Of a DNA stretch of 64,000 nt, positions 18,830 through 31,253 are shown piece by piece; the first letter of the stretch is position 1; each line of letters opens with the position of its first letter. The stretch is from Gemmatimonadetes bacterium 13_1_20CM_4_69_16 (lineage in GTDB: Bacteria > Gemmatimonadota > Gemmatimonadetes > Gemmatimonadales > GWC2-71-9). The notes under the pieces are model-generated. The model was given only the letters and a program-made list of their open reading frames with translations, had not been told where the DNA came from and made no database searches. Where the stretch lies: NCBI GenBank assembly GCA_001919865.1, contig MNIR01000051.1, forward strand, positions 91,920 through 155,919, written 5' to 3'. The position numbers and the translations under genes are program-made.

Positions 18830-19243
18830 ATGGGTATCGTTCGGGCTAGGCGCAAAGCCGAGACCAGATCACTGCTGATCGAGGCTGGGGTGCGCGTGTT
18901 TGCCGAGCGCGGCATCGAGCTGGGCTCCCTCGACGAGGTTGCCCAGTCGGCGGGCTTCACCAAGGGCGCCATCTATCGTCAGTTCCCCTCGAAGAGCGCT
19001 TTCCTGCTCGCGCTGTTCGAGCAGTATGCTGCGGTCGCGAGGGCAGGCGCGGGGGCGCGGCAGGCCTCGTGGTTCATCCCCCTCACGCTGCAGTTCGCCG
19101 CGCATGCGATGCGGGATCCGCTGCTCCGGCGGCGGTTCGCGATCGTGCTGACCGAGGCCCCGCAGGGGGGCACCGCTGACGGGCAGCTGCTCAAGGCACT
19201 GGCACAGGTGCTGCCCGGCACTCAGACGACGGTGCCCTCGTGA
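18830..19243 (+). CDS. TetR/AcrR family transcriptional regulator
   Basis: 137 aa. HTH 'LDEVAQSAGFTKGAIYRQFPSKSAFLLALFE'. Confidence 0.88.
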   Translation: MGIVRARRKAETRSLLIEAGVRVFAERGIELGSLDEVAQSAGFTKGAIYRQFPSKSAFLLALFEQYAAVARAGAGARQASWFIPLTLQFAAHAMRDPLLRRRFAIVLTEAPQGGTADGQLLKALAQVLPGTQTTVPS

Positions 19244-19914
19244 CAGGGGCGCGGTCCCGTCTCGTCGATCTGAGCCACATCGTAGAGCACGGGATGGTCA
19301 CCTACCCGGGTCTCCCGGCTCCCGTGATCAGCGATTGGCTCTCGCGCGACGCGTCGCGCGCCCGCTACGCGCCGGGCACGACCTTCCAGATCGGGAAGAT
19401 CGAGTTGCTCGCGAATACGGGGACGTACATCGATGCTCCGTTCCACCGCTACGACGGCGGGAAGGACGTCGGGGACTATCCGCTCGAAGCTGTGGCCGAT
19501 CTGGAGGGAGTCGTCATCCGCGCGAGCGCGCGCGCCCAACGAGGGCTCGACGCCTCCCTGTTTCGCGGGGCTGACGTGCGGGGCAAGGCGGTGCTCGTAC
19601 ACACCGGGTGGGACGCCTACTGGCGGACCGAGCGGTACGGCGCGGGCCACCCGTTCCTCACCCGCGAGGCGGCCGAGCATCTGTTGGCGGCAGGCGCCGC
19701 GCTCGTGGGAATCGACTCCCTCAATATCGATGACGATGCGGACGGCGCTCGTCCCGCACACACCACTCTCCTGGGCGCCGGGGTTCCGATCGTCGAGCAC
19801 CTGTGCCACCTAGGGGCGCTGCCCGACACCGGCTTCCGGTTCTTCGCTGTGCCCGCGAGGGTGAAGGGGATGGGAAGCTTCCCGGTGCGCGCGTTTGCTC
19901 GGTTGACCGACTGA
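19240..19914 (+). CDS. Cyclase family protein (kynurenine formamidase-like)
   Basis: 224 aa. 'NTGTYIDAPFH' (HxGTHxDxPxH-like metal motif region), 'VLVHTGW' and 'VGIDSLNID'. ATGA overlap with the tetR-like gene. Confidence 0.7.
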   Translation: MTGARSRLVDLSHIVEHGMVTYPGLPAPVISDWLSRDASRARYAPGTTFQIGKIELLANTGTYIDAPFHRYDGGKDVGDYPLEAVADLEGVVIRASARAQRGLDASLFRGADVRGKAVLVHTGWDAYWRTERYGAGHPFLTREAAEHLLAAGAALVGIDSLNIDDDADGARPAHTTLLGAGVPIVEHLCHLGALPDTGFRFFAVPARVKGMGSFPVRAFARLTD

Positions 19915-19933
19915 ATCCTATCTTCGCATCGGC

Positions 19934-21457
19934 ATGGGACCCGTGCGCGAGCTTCTGCCGTTCCTTCTCGTCGTAGCCGGGCTGGCATTCGTTGGCCTGC
20001 CGCTGATCATGTGGCGGCTGTTGGGAGAAGATGCGACGCCGCGCTACGAGCCGTTCGACCCATCGCGTCACGCCGCTCCCCCGGAAGTTGGCGCCTTCAT
20101 CCGCGACAACGTGGCCGCGCTCGCTGCCGACGGCTTCACGCAGGCCGGGGACCTCGTGCGAGACCGCGGGGCCAACATCACGCGCGTCACGTTGCTCGAG
20201 CACCCGGAGGGTGAGACCGCGACCGTGGCCGTCGTCTACTCCGAGCGGGGCACCGCCGCACCGTTGGTCGAGTTCACCGTGGTGCTCACGGACGGGCGCG
20301 TGTTCGACGTCAATAACTCGGTCTCAGTCCCTGTGTTCGCGCCCCACCCAGGCCACGAAGTCAAACGTTTCCCCGAGGTGCGTGACCCGGTGCGGTTGCA
20401 TCGGCTGTTCCGCACGTTGTTGCGCCGTCGGTTCGGCTCGCCCGTTCTGGTTCGCCGAGACATCGCCCGGGATCCCGCCAGGTTCCTCGCCGGTATTTCG
20501 GACACCGAGTACCTGGCGCAAGTCGCCGCGGGATACTTCCGGTTCGACGAGCGCGCACGACGTTTCCGCCCGACGCTGAAGGGCGCGTACCTGATGACGT
20601 GGAAGATGCTCCCGCCATTCGCAACGCTGCGCAAACGTCGTTTGCGTCGGGAGGCGCGCGAACTGCTCCGAGAGATCGGGATGGAGGGAGTGGACCAGCG
20701 TCCCGTGGCCGCGGTGACGGCGGTGACCCCGGTGACGCCGCTAGAGGAGCTGCTGCCGGGTGTGATCGCGGCCCCGCGCGACACGCCACGGCGCTGGGCA
20801 GTGAGGATCGGTGGCTTCGCGCTGCTGCTCGCGATGACGGCGTCGGTCGTGTACCAGCGGGTGCAGGCGCGGCGCGCCGTGCGACTTCCGGGGTTGGTGG
20901 TGCCCGCGGACTTCCCCGGCGCGATCCGCGCGCTCGAGCAGGTCACGGCGCACGCCGCCACACCCCTCGTCGGGCGGGACAGCGTCGGCGCGGAGCGAGA
21001 GTCGGGCGCCTACGTCGTCACCGTTCAGTCCCGTTGGGCGAACCGATTCCTCCAGGCGGCCCACGAGAAGTTCGCCGCCCGGGGGTTTTTTCTCTCCCGC
21101 TTCGACCTCAACTTCCGGAATGACTCAAGTTCGGTGCGGCTTCTGCTGGCGCCGACCGCAGACCCCTACGACGTTCTGCTGCTGGTCGGTACGCGCGGCG
21201 AGTCCGACGGGCGCGGCACCGCGGATATCGCTGAGTGGCTACGGACGTTCGCCCGAGAGCGGCCGTTCGAGCTGCGCAACGTCGGCGCGGACTGGGTGCG
21301 CGGCGTGTTCGCGTCAGACGTGACGGACCCGGACGACGTGGTGCGACGCGTGGAGGCGTTCTGTCCCCGCATCGCCCGCGAGGATTTCCAGGGCAACGTG
21401 GCGGCGCTGGCGACCTGGGTACGCCGCTCACGGGCGTTCATCTGTCGCTGGCAGTAG
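19934..21457 (+). CDS. Hypothetical membrane-associated protein (507 aa)
   Basis: Long ORF with GC-rich third codon positions. One N-terminal and one central hydrophobic helix. No catalytic motif recognised. Confidence 0.6.
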   Translation: MGPVRELLPFLLVVAGLAFVGLPLIMWRLLGEDATPRYEPFDPSRHAAPPEVGAFIRDNVAALAADGFTQAGDLVRDRGANITRVTLLEHPEGETATVAVVYSERGTAAPLVEFTVVLTDGRVFDVNNSVSVPVFAPHPGHEVKRFPEVRDPVRLHRLFRTLLRRRFGSPVLVRRDIARDPARFLAGISDTEYLAQVAAGYFRFDERARRFRPTLKGAYLMTWKMLPPFATLRKRRLRREARELLREIGMEGVDQRPVAAVTAVTPVTPLEELLPGVIAAPRDTPRRWAVRIGGFALLLAMTASVVYQRVQARRAVRLPGLVVPADFPGAIRALEQVTAHAATPLVGRDSVGAERESGAYVVTVQSRWANRFLQAAHEKFAARGFFLSRFDLNFRNDSSSVRLLLAPTADPYDVLLLVGTRGESDGRGTADIAEWLRTFARERPFELRNVGADWVRGVFASDVTDPDDVVRRVEAFCPRIAREDFQGNVAALATWVRRSRAFICRWQ

Positions 21458-21529
21458 CGGTCGGTCGGGCGATCACGCGAGTGACAGCAACCATACAGTA
21501 TCCCGACAGTAGTCCGCCCCCGAGGCGGC

Positions 21530-23618
<2,089 letters not shown>

Positions 23619-23674
23619 GGGGCGCCAATTTGGGGGTTTGGCGCCGGGGTGCAACTCGGCGTAAGGTACCTGTC

Positions 23675-24283
23675 ATGTCCCTCGCCGGCGTCGTCCTCGC
23701 GGGCGGGCGTTCCGAGCGCATGGGTACCCCCAAGGCGCTGCTCGACTTCCGGGGCCGGCCCTTCATTATCCGTATCCTGGAGGTGCTAGAAGCGCTCGAA
23801 CTCAAGCCCCGCATCGTGGTGCTCGGCCCCGACGCCCCCCGGGTGCGGCCCGTACTCGCGCCTCACGAATGCATCATCGTCAAGAACCCGGAGGTCGAAG
23901 CCGGCCCGATCGGCTCGCTGCGCGCCGCCCTCGCGGCCCTAAAGCCGTTCCTGCCGGCGGGAGTCCTGGCTTGGCCGGTCGACCTGCCCCACGTGCGGCT
24001 GGCGACCGTGGAGCGCCTGGTTGAGGCGTACCGCCGCACCGGCGCGGCGGCTGTGGTGCCTGCCTTCGCCACGCGGCGTGGCCAACCCGTCATCTGGGAC
24101 CGCTCGCTGTTCGCCGAGCTCGAGGCTAGTGCCGCGGCGACGCGCCATGGTGCCCTCGCCGTACTGCACGCCGAACCGCGGCTGGTCACGGTCCCGGTGG
24201 ACGACGCCGCTGTGATCGACGATCTCAACACACCGGAGGATTTCGAAAGGCTGGTGCGGGAAGTGAACCGGGATATCTACTGA
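23675..24283 (+). CDS. MobA/MocA-like nucleotidyltransferase (molybdenum cofactor cytidylyl/guanylyl-transferase family)
   Basis: From the ATG at 23675. 'MSLAGVVLAGGRSERMGTPKALLDFRGRPF' is the signature LAGGxSxRMG..K motif. Confidence 0.8.
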   Translation: MSLAGVVLAGGRSERMGTPKALLDFRGRPFIIRILEVLEALELKPRIVVLGPDAPRVRPVLAPHECIIVKNPEVEAGPIGSLRAALAALKPFLPAGVLAWPVDLPHVRLATVERLVEAYRRTGAAAVVPAFATRRGQPVIWDRSLFAELEASAAATRHGALAVLHAEPRLVTVPVDDAAVIDDLNTPEDFERLVREVNRDIY

Positions 24284-24377
24284 AGGCGTTCACGGCCGTC
24301 GGCTATCAGCGATTTGACAGCTGAAAGCCGATAGCTGACAGCAGCTTACGAATTCACACCAATGTCGCTTTATTTAG

Positions 24378-24406
24378 TTGACAATCCCGAGTACGTCCCT
24401 TAGGAT
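24378..24406 (+). promoter_or_regulatory. Candidate sigma-70 promoter of the sufR-suf operon
   Basis: TTGACA (24378-24383), a 17-nt spacer, then TAGGAT (24401-24406), in a locally AT-richer stretch. The predicted start site is only about 5 nt before the sufR ATG at 24418, i.e. nearly leaderless. Confidence 0.4.
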
Positions 24407-24417
24407 TCGAGGGTCCC

Positions 24418-25079
24418 ATGGGAGCTATCCATCCGCAACTCGCGGCGCACAAAGGACTTCGCGCCGACATCCTACTGGAGTTGAAGCGCGCCCAGCCGCT
24501 TACGGCGAAGGACCTTGCCCACAAGCTGGGTGTTTCTCCCAATGGCATCCGCCATCATCTGAAGGAGCTCGAGGCCGAATCGCTGATCGCCTACGGTCGC
24601 GAGCAGCGCGGGCTGGGGGCGCCGACCTTCGCCTACCGCCTGAGCGCCGAGGGCGAGGCCCTGTTCCCCCGCGCTTACGAGGAAACCCTGACTCACGTGC
24701 TGGACCGCGTAGCCGAAAAGGGCGGTCGCCAGGCCGCGGTCGAGCTGCTCGAAGACCACTATCGCGAACTGACCCGCAAGCTCCAGCGCGAGCTCGAGGG
24801 CGCCACCGTGGCGGAGCGGGTGGATGTGGTCGCCCGCCTGATGAACCAGCAGGGCTACATGGCCGAGTGGCAGGAGACGGCCGGCATGTTCCGGCTCTCC
24901 GAGCACAACTGCGCGATCCGCGCCGTGGCGGAGCGCTTCCCCGAGGTGTGCGCAGCCGAACAGCGGTTTCTGCAAGACGTGCTCGGGACCGCCGTCGAGC
25001 GGCGCACCCATATCACGAGCGGTTGCAACGCCTGCGAGTACGCCGTCAGCGTCGGCGCAGAGCCGCGCCGGGAGTCCGC

Positions 25080-25083
<4 letters not shown>
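24418..25083 (+). CDS. sufR: SufR-like winged-helix transcriptional regulator with C-terminal Cys cluster
   Basis: 221 aa. HTH '[30 protein letters not shown]'. C-terminal cysteines '[17 protein letters not shown]...SGCNACEY'. ATGA overlap with sufB. Confidence 0.7.
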
Positions 25084-26512
<1,429 letters not shown>

Positions 26513-26516
<4 letters not shown>

Positions 26517-27274
26517 CGCTGCTACAGATCAAGAACCTCCGCGCCTCGGTCGAGGGTCGCGAGATCCTCCAAGGCGTGGATCTGACGGTGAACACCGGCG
26601 AGGTCCATGCCATCATGGGCCCGAACGGCTCGGGCAAGAGCACGCTCGCCCAGGTCCTGGCCGGGCATCCCGCGTACACCGTCACGGCGGGGTCGGCGCT
26701 GTACGAGGGGAAGGATCTCTTCGCCATGACCCCGGAGGAGCGCGCTCGCGAGGGGGTGTTCTTGGCGTTCCAATACCCGGTCGCGATCCGCGGCATCACC
26801 AACGCCTACTTTCTCCGCTCCGCGGTGAACGCCATCCGCAAGCACCGCGGCACGGAGGAGCTCGGGCCCGTCGAGTTCATGGACGCGCTCGAGGAGAAGC
26901 TCAAGGTGATCGGGTGGGACGACAGCTATCTGAGTCGGCCGGTGAACGAAGGGTTCTCGGGAGGCGAGAAGAAGCGCAACGAGATCCTCCAGCTGGCGGT
27001 GCTCGAGCCCAAGCTCGCGATCCTGGACGAGACGGATTCCGGTCTCGATATCGACGCGCTCAAGACCGTGGCCCGGACGGTCGAGAAGCTGCGCCGGCCC
27101 GACAACGCCACGGTAATGGTGACGCACTACTACCGAATCCTCACCCACATCCAGCCGGATTTCGTGCACGTGCTCGCGGCGGGCCGGATCGTGAAGTCGG
27201 GCGGCAAGGAGCTGGCGCAGGAGCTCGAAGAGAAGGGCTACGACTGGATTCGCGAACCGGCGGCAGTGGCATGA
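26513..27274 (+). CDS. sufC: Fe-S cluster assembly ATPase SufC
   Basis: GTG at 26513 (GTGA overlap with sufB). Walker A 'GPNGSGKST', signature '[13 protein letters not shown]', Walker B '[12 protein letters not shown]'. Confidence 0.95.
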
Positions 27275-28578
27275 CGGAGCAGTACGTCGCGGACTTCAAA
27301 GCGTTCGCGGGCAACGGCGCGGGCGGGGCACCGGCGTGGCTCAGGAAGATCCGCGAAGGCGCGATCGCGCGCTTCGCCGAGCTCGGCTTCCCGACCACGA
27401 AGCAGGAGGAGTGGCGCTTCACCAGCGTCGCCCCGATCAAGGAGACGCGCTTCGCGCTCGCCCATGCGGCCGGCGCACAGCCCCCGTCTGTCGCGGCGAT
27501 CGAGCCGTTGCTGGTGTGCCCCCCGGGGAGCCCGCGGATGGTCTTCGTCGACGGGCGGTACGCGCCCGAGCTGTCCTCGGTCGGCGGATTGCCGCGCGGT
27601 GTGCACGCGGGAAGCCTCGCGGTTGCCCTCACGTCCGGCAGGAACGGCGAGCTGGCACGCCAGCATCTCACTCGCCACGCGCGCTGGCACGAGAGCGCGT
27701 TCGCCGCGCTGAACACGGCGTTCCTCGCGGACGGAGCGTTTGTCCACGTTGCGGCGCACACCATCTTGGAGCAGCCGCTCGAGCTGCTCTTCGTCGCGAC
27801 CGGCGGTCGACAACCCACAGTGTCACACCCGCGTAGCCTCATCGTCGTCGAGCGGGACGCCCAGGCGGCGGTCGTCGAGGGCTACGCCGCGCTCACCGAT
27901 GACGTCTACTGGACCAACGGGGTCACGGAAGCGGTCGTGGGCGAGGGCGCCCGCGTCGAGTACTACCGCGTACAGCGGGAAGGTCGGCGCGCTTACCATG
28001 TCGCCACGACACAATCGCGACAGGAACGCGACAGCTTCTTCGGACTGCACGCCGTGACGCTAGGTGGGGCGCTGGCCCGGCACGACGTACTCACGGCGCT
28101 GGACGGCGCGGGCGCCGAACTCATTCTGAACGGCCTGTACGTACTGCGCGACAGCCAGCATGCCGATCACCACACGGTGATCGAGCACGCCCGGCCGCAC
28201 TGCGCCAGCCACGAGTTCTTCAACGGGGTGCTCGACCAGCGGGCGCATGGTGTGTTCAACGGCCGGATCATCGTGCGGCCGGGCGCGCAGCGCACCGACT
28301 CGAAGCAGACGAACAACAACCTGCTCCTATCGACCGACGCGAGGGCCGACAGCCAGCCCCAGCTCGAGATCTACGCCGACGACGTAAAGTGCACCCACGG
28401 CTCGACCGTCGGACCGATCGACCAGACGGCGCTGTACTACCTCCGCAGCCGCGGGCTCTCGCCCGAGATGGCGCAGAGCCTTCTGACGTACGGCTTCGCG
28501 GCCGAGATCCTCGGCCGTATGGGGCGGGCCGACGTGCGGGACCGCCTCGACCCCTTGGTGCGCGCCGCGCTCGCCTGA
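27271..28578 (+). CDS. sufD: Fe-S cluster assembly protein SufD
   Basis: ATG at 27271 (ATGA overlap with sufC). 'NNLLLSTDARADSQPQLEIYADDVKCTHGSTVG' is the conserved SufB/D C-terminal block. Confidence 0.9.
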   Translation: MTEQYVADFKAFAGNGAGGAPAWLRKIREGAIARFAELGFPTTKQEEWRFTSVAPIKETRFALAHAAGAQPPSVAAIEPLLVCPPGSPRMVFVDGRYAPELSSVGGLPRGVHAGSLAVALTSGRNGELARQHLTRHARWHESAFAALNTAFLADGAFVHVAAHTILEQPLELLFVATGGRQPTVSHPRSLIVVERDAQAAVVEGYAALTDDVYWTNGVTEAVVGEGARVEYYRVQREGRRAYHVATTQSRQERDSFFGLHAVTLGGALARHDVLTALDGAGAELILNGLYVLRDSQHADHHTVIEHARPHCASHEFFNGVLDQRAHGVFNGRIIVRPGAQRTDSKQTNNNLLLSTDARADSQPQLEIYADDVKCTHGSTVGPIDQTALYYLRSRGLSPEMAQSLLTYGFAAEILGRMGRADVRDRLDPLVRAALA

Positions 28579-29807
28579 TGCTCGAGGCCGCCCGTCTCCG
28601 CGCCGACTTTCCGCTCCTCCAGCGGCAGGAGAACGGCCGGCGCCTCGTGTACCTCGACAACGCGGCGACGACGCAGAAGCCCGAGGCGGTGCTCGCCGCC
28701 ATCGCCGACTACTACCGCACCACCAACGCCAACGTCCACCGCGGGGCGTACGGCCTCGCGATCCGCGCCACGGAAGCCTACGAGGCGGCTCGCGCGAAGC
28801 TCGCCGGGTTCGTCAACGCCTGGGCGCCGGAAGGCGTCGTGTTCACGCGTGGGACGACCGAGGCGATCAACCTGGTGGCGGGGTCGTACGGTCGGGCAAA
28901 CCTGCGCCGGGGCGACAGCGTCGTCGTGACCGCGATGGATCACCATTCGAACCTCGTGCCGTGGCAGATCCTCTGCCAGGAGAAGGGCGCGACGCTTCGG
29001 ATGGTAGAGATCACGGAGGACGGTCGCATCGACCTCTCCGACTTCGGAGCGGCACTCGAGCGACGGCCGAAGCTCGTCGCTTTCCCCTACGTGTCGAACG
29101 CGCTCGGCACGGTCAACCCGGTGGCGCAGCTCGTGAAGCTCGCCCATGCGGTCGAGGCGGTCGTCGTGGTGGACGGCGCGCAGTCCACGCCCCACCTGAA
29201 GGTCGACGTGCAGGCGCTCGACTGCGACTTCTACGCACTGTCGGGTCACAAGATGCTCGCGCCGATGGGCTCCGGGGCGCTCGTCGCGAAGCCGGAGCTG
29301 CTCGACGCGATGCCGCCCTATCACGGGGGCGGCGAGATGATCTCGCGCGTCTTCGACGATCACTCGACCTACAACAAGATTCCCCACAAGTTCGAAGCCG
29401 GGACGCCGAACGTGGAAGCGGCGGTCGGGCTCGCGGCGGCAATCGACTACTTGGAGACGATCGGTCTCGAGCGGATCGCCGCGCACGAGCAAGCGCTCGC
29501 CCAGGCGGCGATCGACCAACTGACGCAGATCGACGGCGTGACGGTGTACGGGCCGCGCGGTCACCGCGCCGGCGTCGTGTCATTCACGTACGGCGACATC
29601 CACCCGCACGACATCGCGACCATCCTCGACCAGGACGGCGTGTGCATTCGCGCCGGTCATCACTGCACGCAGCCGCTGATGCGTCGGCTCAACGTGCCCG
29701 CCACCGCGCGCGCATCGTTCTACCTCTACAACGACCTCGACGACGTCGCCGCGCTCGCCGGCTCGCTCGTCAAAGCCGGAGCCTTGTTTGGATACGTCCC
29801 TGCCTGA
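28578..29807 (+). CDS. sufS: Cysteine desulfurase SufS (class V aminotransferase, group II)
   Basis: ATG at 28578 overlaps the sufD stop. 'YLDNAATTQKP', 'HHSNLVPWQ', 'SGHKMLAPMGSG' (PLP-Lys), and 'RAGHHCTQPL' (catalytic Cys). Confidence 0.93.
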   Translation: MLEAARLRADFPLLQRQENGRRLVYLDNAATTQKPEAVLAAIADYYRTTNANVHRGAYGLAIRATEAYEAARAKLAGFVNAWAPEGVVFTRGTTEAINLVAGSYGRANLRRGDSVVVTAMDHHSNLVPWQILCQEKGATLRMVEITEDGRIDLSDFGAALERRPKLVAFPYVSNALGTVNPVAQLVKLAHAVEAVVVVDGAQSTPHLKVDVQALDCDFYALSGHKMLAPMGSGALVAKPELLDAMPPYHGGGEMISRVFDDHSTYNKIPHKFEAGTPNVEAAVGLAAAIDYLETIGLERIAAHEQALAQAAIDQLTQIDGVTVYGPRGHRAGVVSFTYGDIHPHDIATILDQDGVCIRAGHHCTQPLMRRLNVPATARASFYLYNDLDDVAALAGSLVKAGALFGYVPA

Positions 29808-30231
29808 ACCCCGGCTGAGCGCGCTCTACCAGGAGCTGATTCTCGATCACTACCGCCGCCCGCGTAACAAGGGGGCGCTCGAGGGCGCGACGCACTCGGT
29901 CTCACTGAACAATCCGCTGTGCGGCGACGAGATCGACCTGCAGCTGCGCGTGGACGGCGCCGTGATAAAAGACGTGCGCTTCGTCGGGCGGGGCTGCTCC
30001 ATCAGTCAGGCGTCAGCGTCGATGATGACGCAGCTCCTCAAGGATCGTCCGGTCCCGCAAGCGCTCGCCCTCGCCGAGCGGATGAGTGCGATGATGCAGG
30101 GGGACGAGGCGGCGGCGAAGGACAAGACGCTCGGGGACCTGCGGGCGCTCGCCGGCGTGTCCAAGTTCCCGGTGCGCATCAAGTGCGCGCTGCTCCCCTG
30201 GAACGCGCTGACCGATGCCGTGAAGACGTAA
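29788..30231 (+). CDS. sufU: SUF-system NifU-family scaffold SufU
   Basis: 147 aa. 'LYQELILDHYRRPRNKG' with the three ligand Cys in 'NPLCGDE', 'GRGCSISQASASMM' and 'IKCALLPW'. TTG start at 29788 overlaps sufS by 20 nt. Start uncertain. Confidence 0.88.
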   Translation: MDTSLPEPRLSALYQELILDHYRRPRNKGALEGATHSVSLNNPLCGDEIDLQLRVDGAVIKDVRFVGRGCSISQASASMMTQLLKDRPVPQALALAERMSAMMQGDEAAAKDKTLGDLRALAGVSKFPVRIKCALLPWNALTDAVKT

Positions 30232-30290
30232 ATAGCACTCCGGCGGTCCCCCCTTCCCTCCTCCTCCCACGCCGGCAGATTACTCGCAGC

Positions 30291-31253
30291 ATGACCGCGC
30301 CCATCCTCGTGCTCGACCGGGTCACCAAGCGCTTCGCCGGCCATACCGCGGTCGACGGCCTGTCACTCTCGGTCCGGGCCGGTGTGATCTTCGGCCTGCT
30401 TGGCCCCAACGGCGCCGGCAAGACCACCTCGATTCGCGTCATCATGGACATCTTCCAGCCGGATGAGGGCAGCGTCCAGCTGTTCGGGGAGCGGGCGGGG
30501 AGGGACCACTCGGCGCGCATCGGCTACCTGCCGGAGGAGCGCGGACTATACCCGCGGATGCGAGTGCTCGACGTCCTCGTGTTCCTCGCCGAGGTGAAGG
30601 GCGTCCCGCGCCGCGCCGCCCGCCTCAGAGCGCTCGAATGGCTCGACCGGCTCGGGCTGGGCGACTGGCGGCTGCGCCGCGTGAACGAGCTCTCGAAGGG
30701 GATGCAACAGAAGGTGCAGTTCATCTCCACGATGCTGCACGATCCCGATCTCGTGATTCTCGACGAGCCGTTTTCGGGGCTCGATCCGGTGAACGCACAG
30801 GTGATGAAGGATACGGTGCTGGAACTGCGCCGGCGCGGGAAGACGATCCTCTTCTCGACGCACATCATGGAGCAAGCCGAGAAGCTGTGCGACGAGCTCT
30901 GCATCATCGCCCGAGGGAAGAAGCTCGTGGACGGCGCCCTCAGCGACATCAAGCGGACACGTGGCGGACACCATCTCGTCATCGGGTTCGACGGCAGTGC
31001 CGGTGGTGCGCAGCAAGTCTTCGCAGACAAGGGGCTTGTGAAGCGGGTCGACGACTATGGGCAATACGCCGAGCTTGAGCTTGCGGCCGGGGCGGACGCC
31101 CAGCAGATCCTGCAGCGGCTCGTCGCCTCCGGCGCCCGGCTGTCGCGGTTCGAGCTGATGGAGCCCTCGCTCAACAAAATATTCATCGACCTGGTAGGGC
31201 CCGAGGCGGCTCGGGCGGAGGCGCGGCCCGAAGGGCAGGCTGTCCATGCGTAG
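30291..31253 (+). CDS. ABC transporter ATP-binding protein (ABC-2 / NatA-like)
   Basis: ATG at 30291 within track ORF 29919..31253. 'GLLGPNGAGKTT', 'LSKGMQQKVQF', 'LVILDEPFSGLD'. Confidence 0.9.
   Translation: MTAPILVLDRVTKRFAGHTAVDGLSLSVRAGVIFGLLGPNGAGKTTSIRVIMDIFQPDEGSVQLFGERAGRDHSARIGYLPEERGLYPRMRVLDVLVFLAEVKGVPRRAARLRALEWLDRLGLGDWRLRRVNELSKGMQQKVQFISTMLHDPDLVILDEPFSGLDPVNAQVMKDTVLELRRRGKTILFSTHIMEQAEKLCDELCIIARGKKLVDGALSDIKRTRGGHHLVIGFDGSAGGAQQVFADKGLVKRVDDYGQYAELELAAGADAQQILQRLVASGARLSRFELMEPSLNKIFIDLVGPEAARAEARPEGQAVHA

Noticed and set aside
21458-21529. Terminator between the convergent hypothetical gene and thiC
   Set aside because: Only a 5-bp stem (CCGCC...GGCGG, around 21505-21520) with no U-tract. 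Too weak to call.
24378-25079. N-terminal 234 codons of the 712-aa track ORF that ends as sufB
   Set aside because: This portion overlaps the well-supported SufR-like gene in another frame and is Arg/Gly/Pro-rich. SufB homology begins at the ATG at 25080 ([10 protein letters not shown]...).
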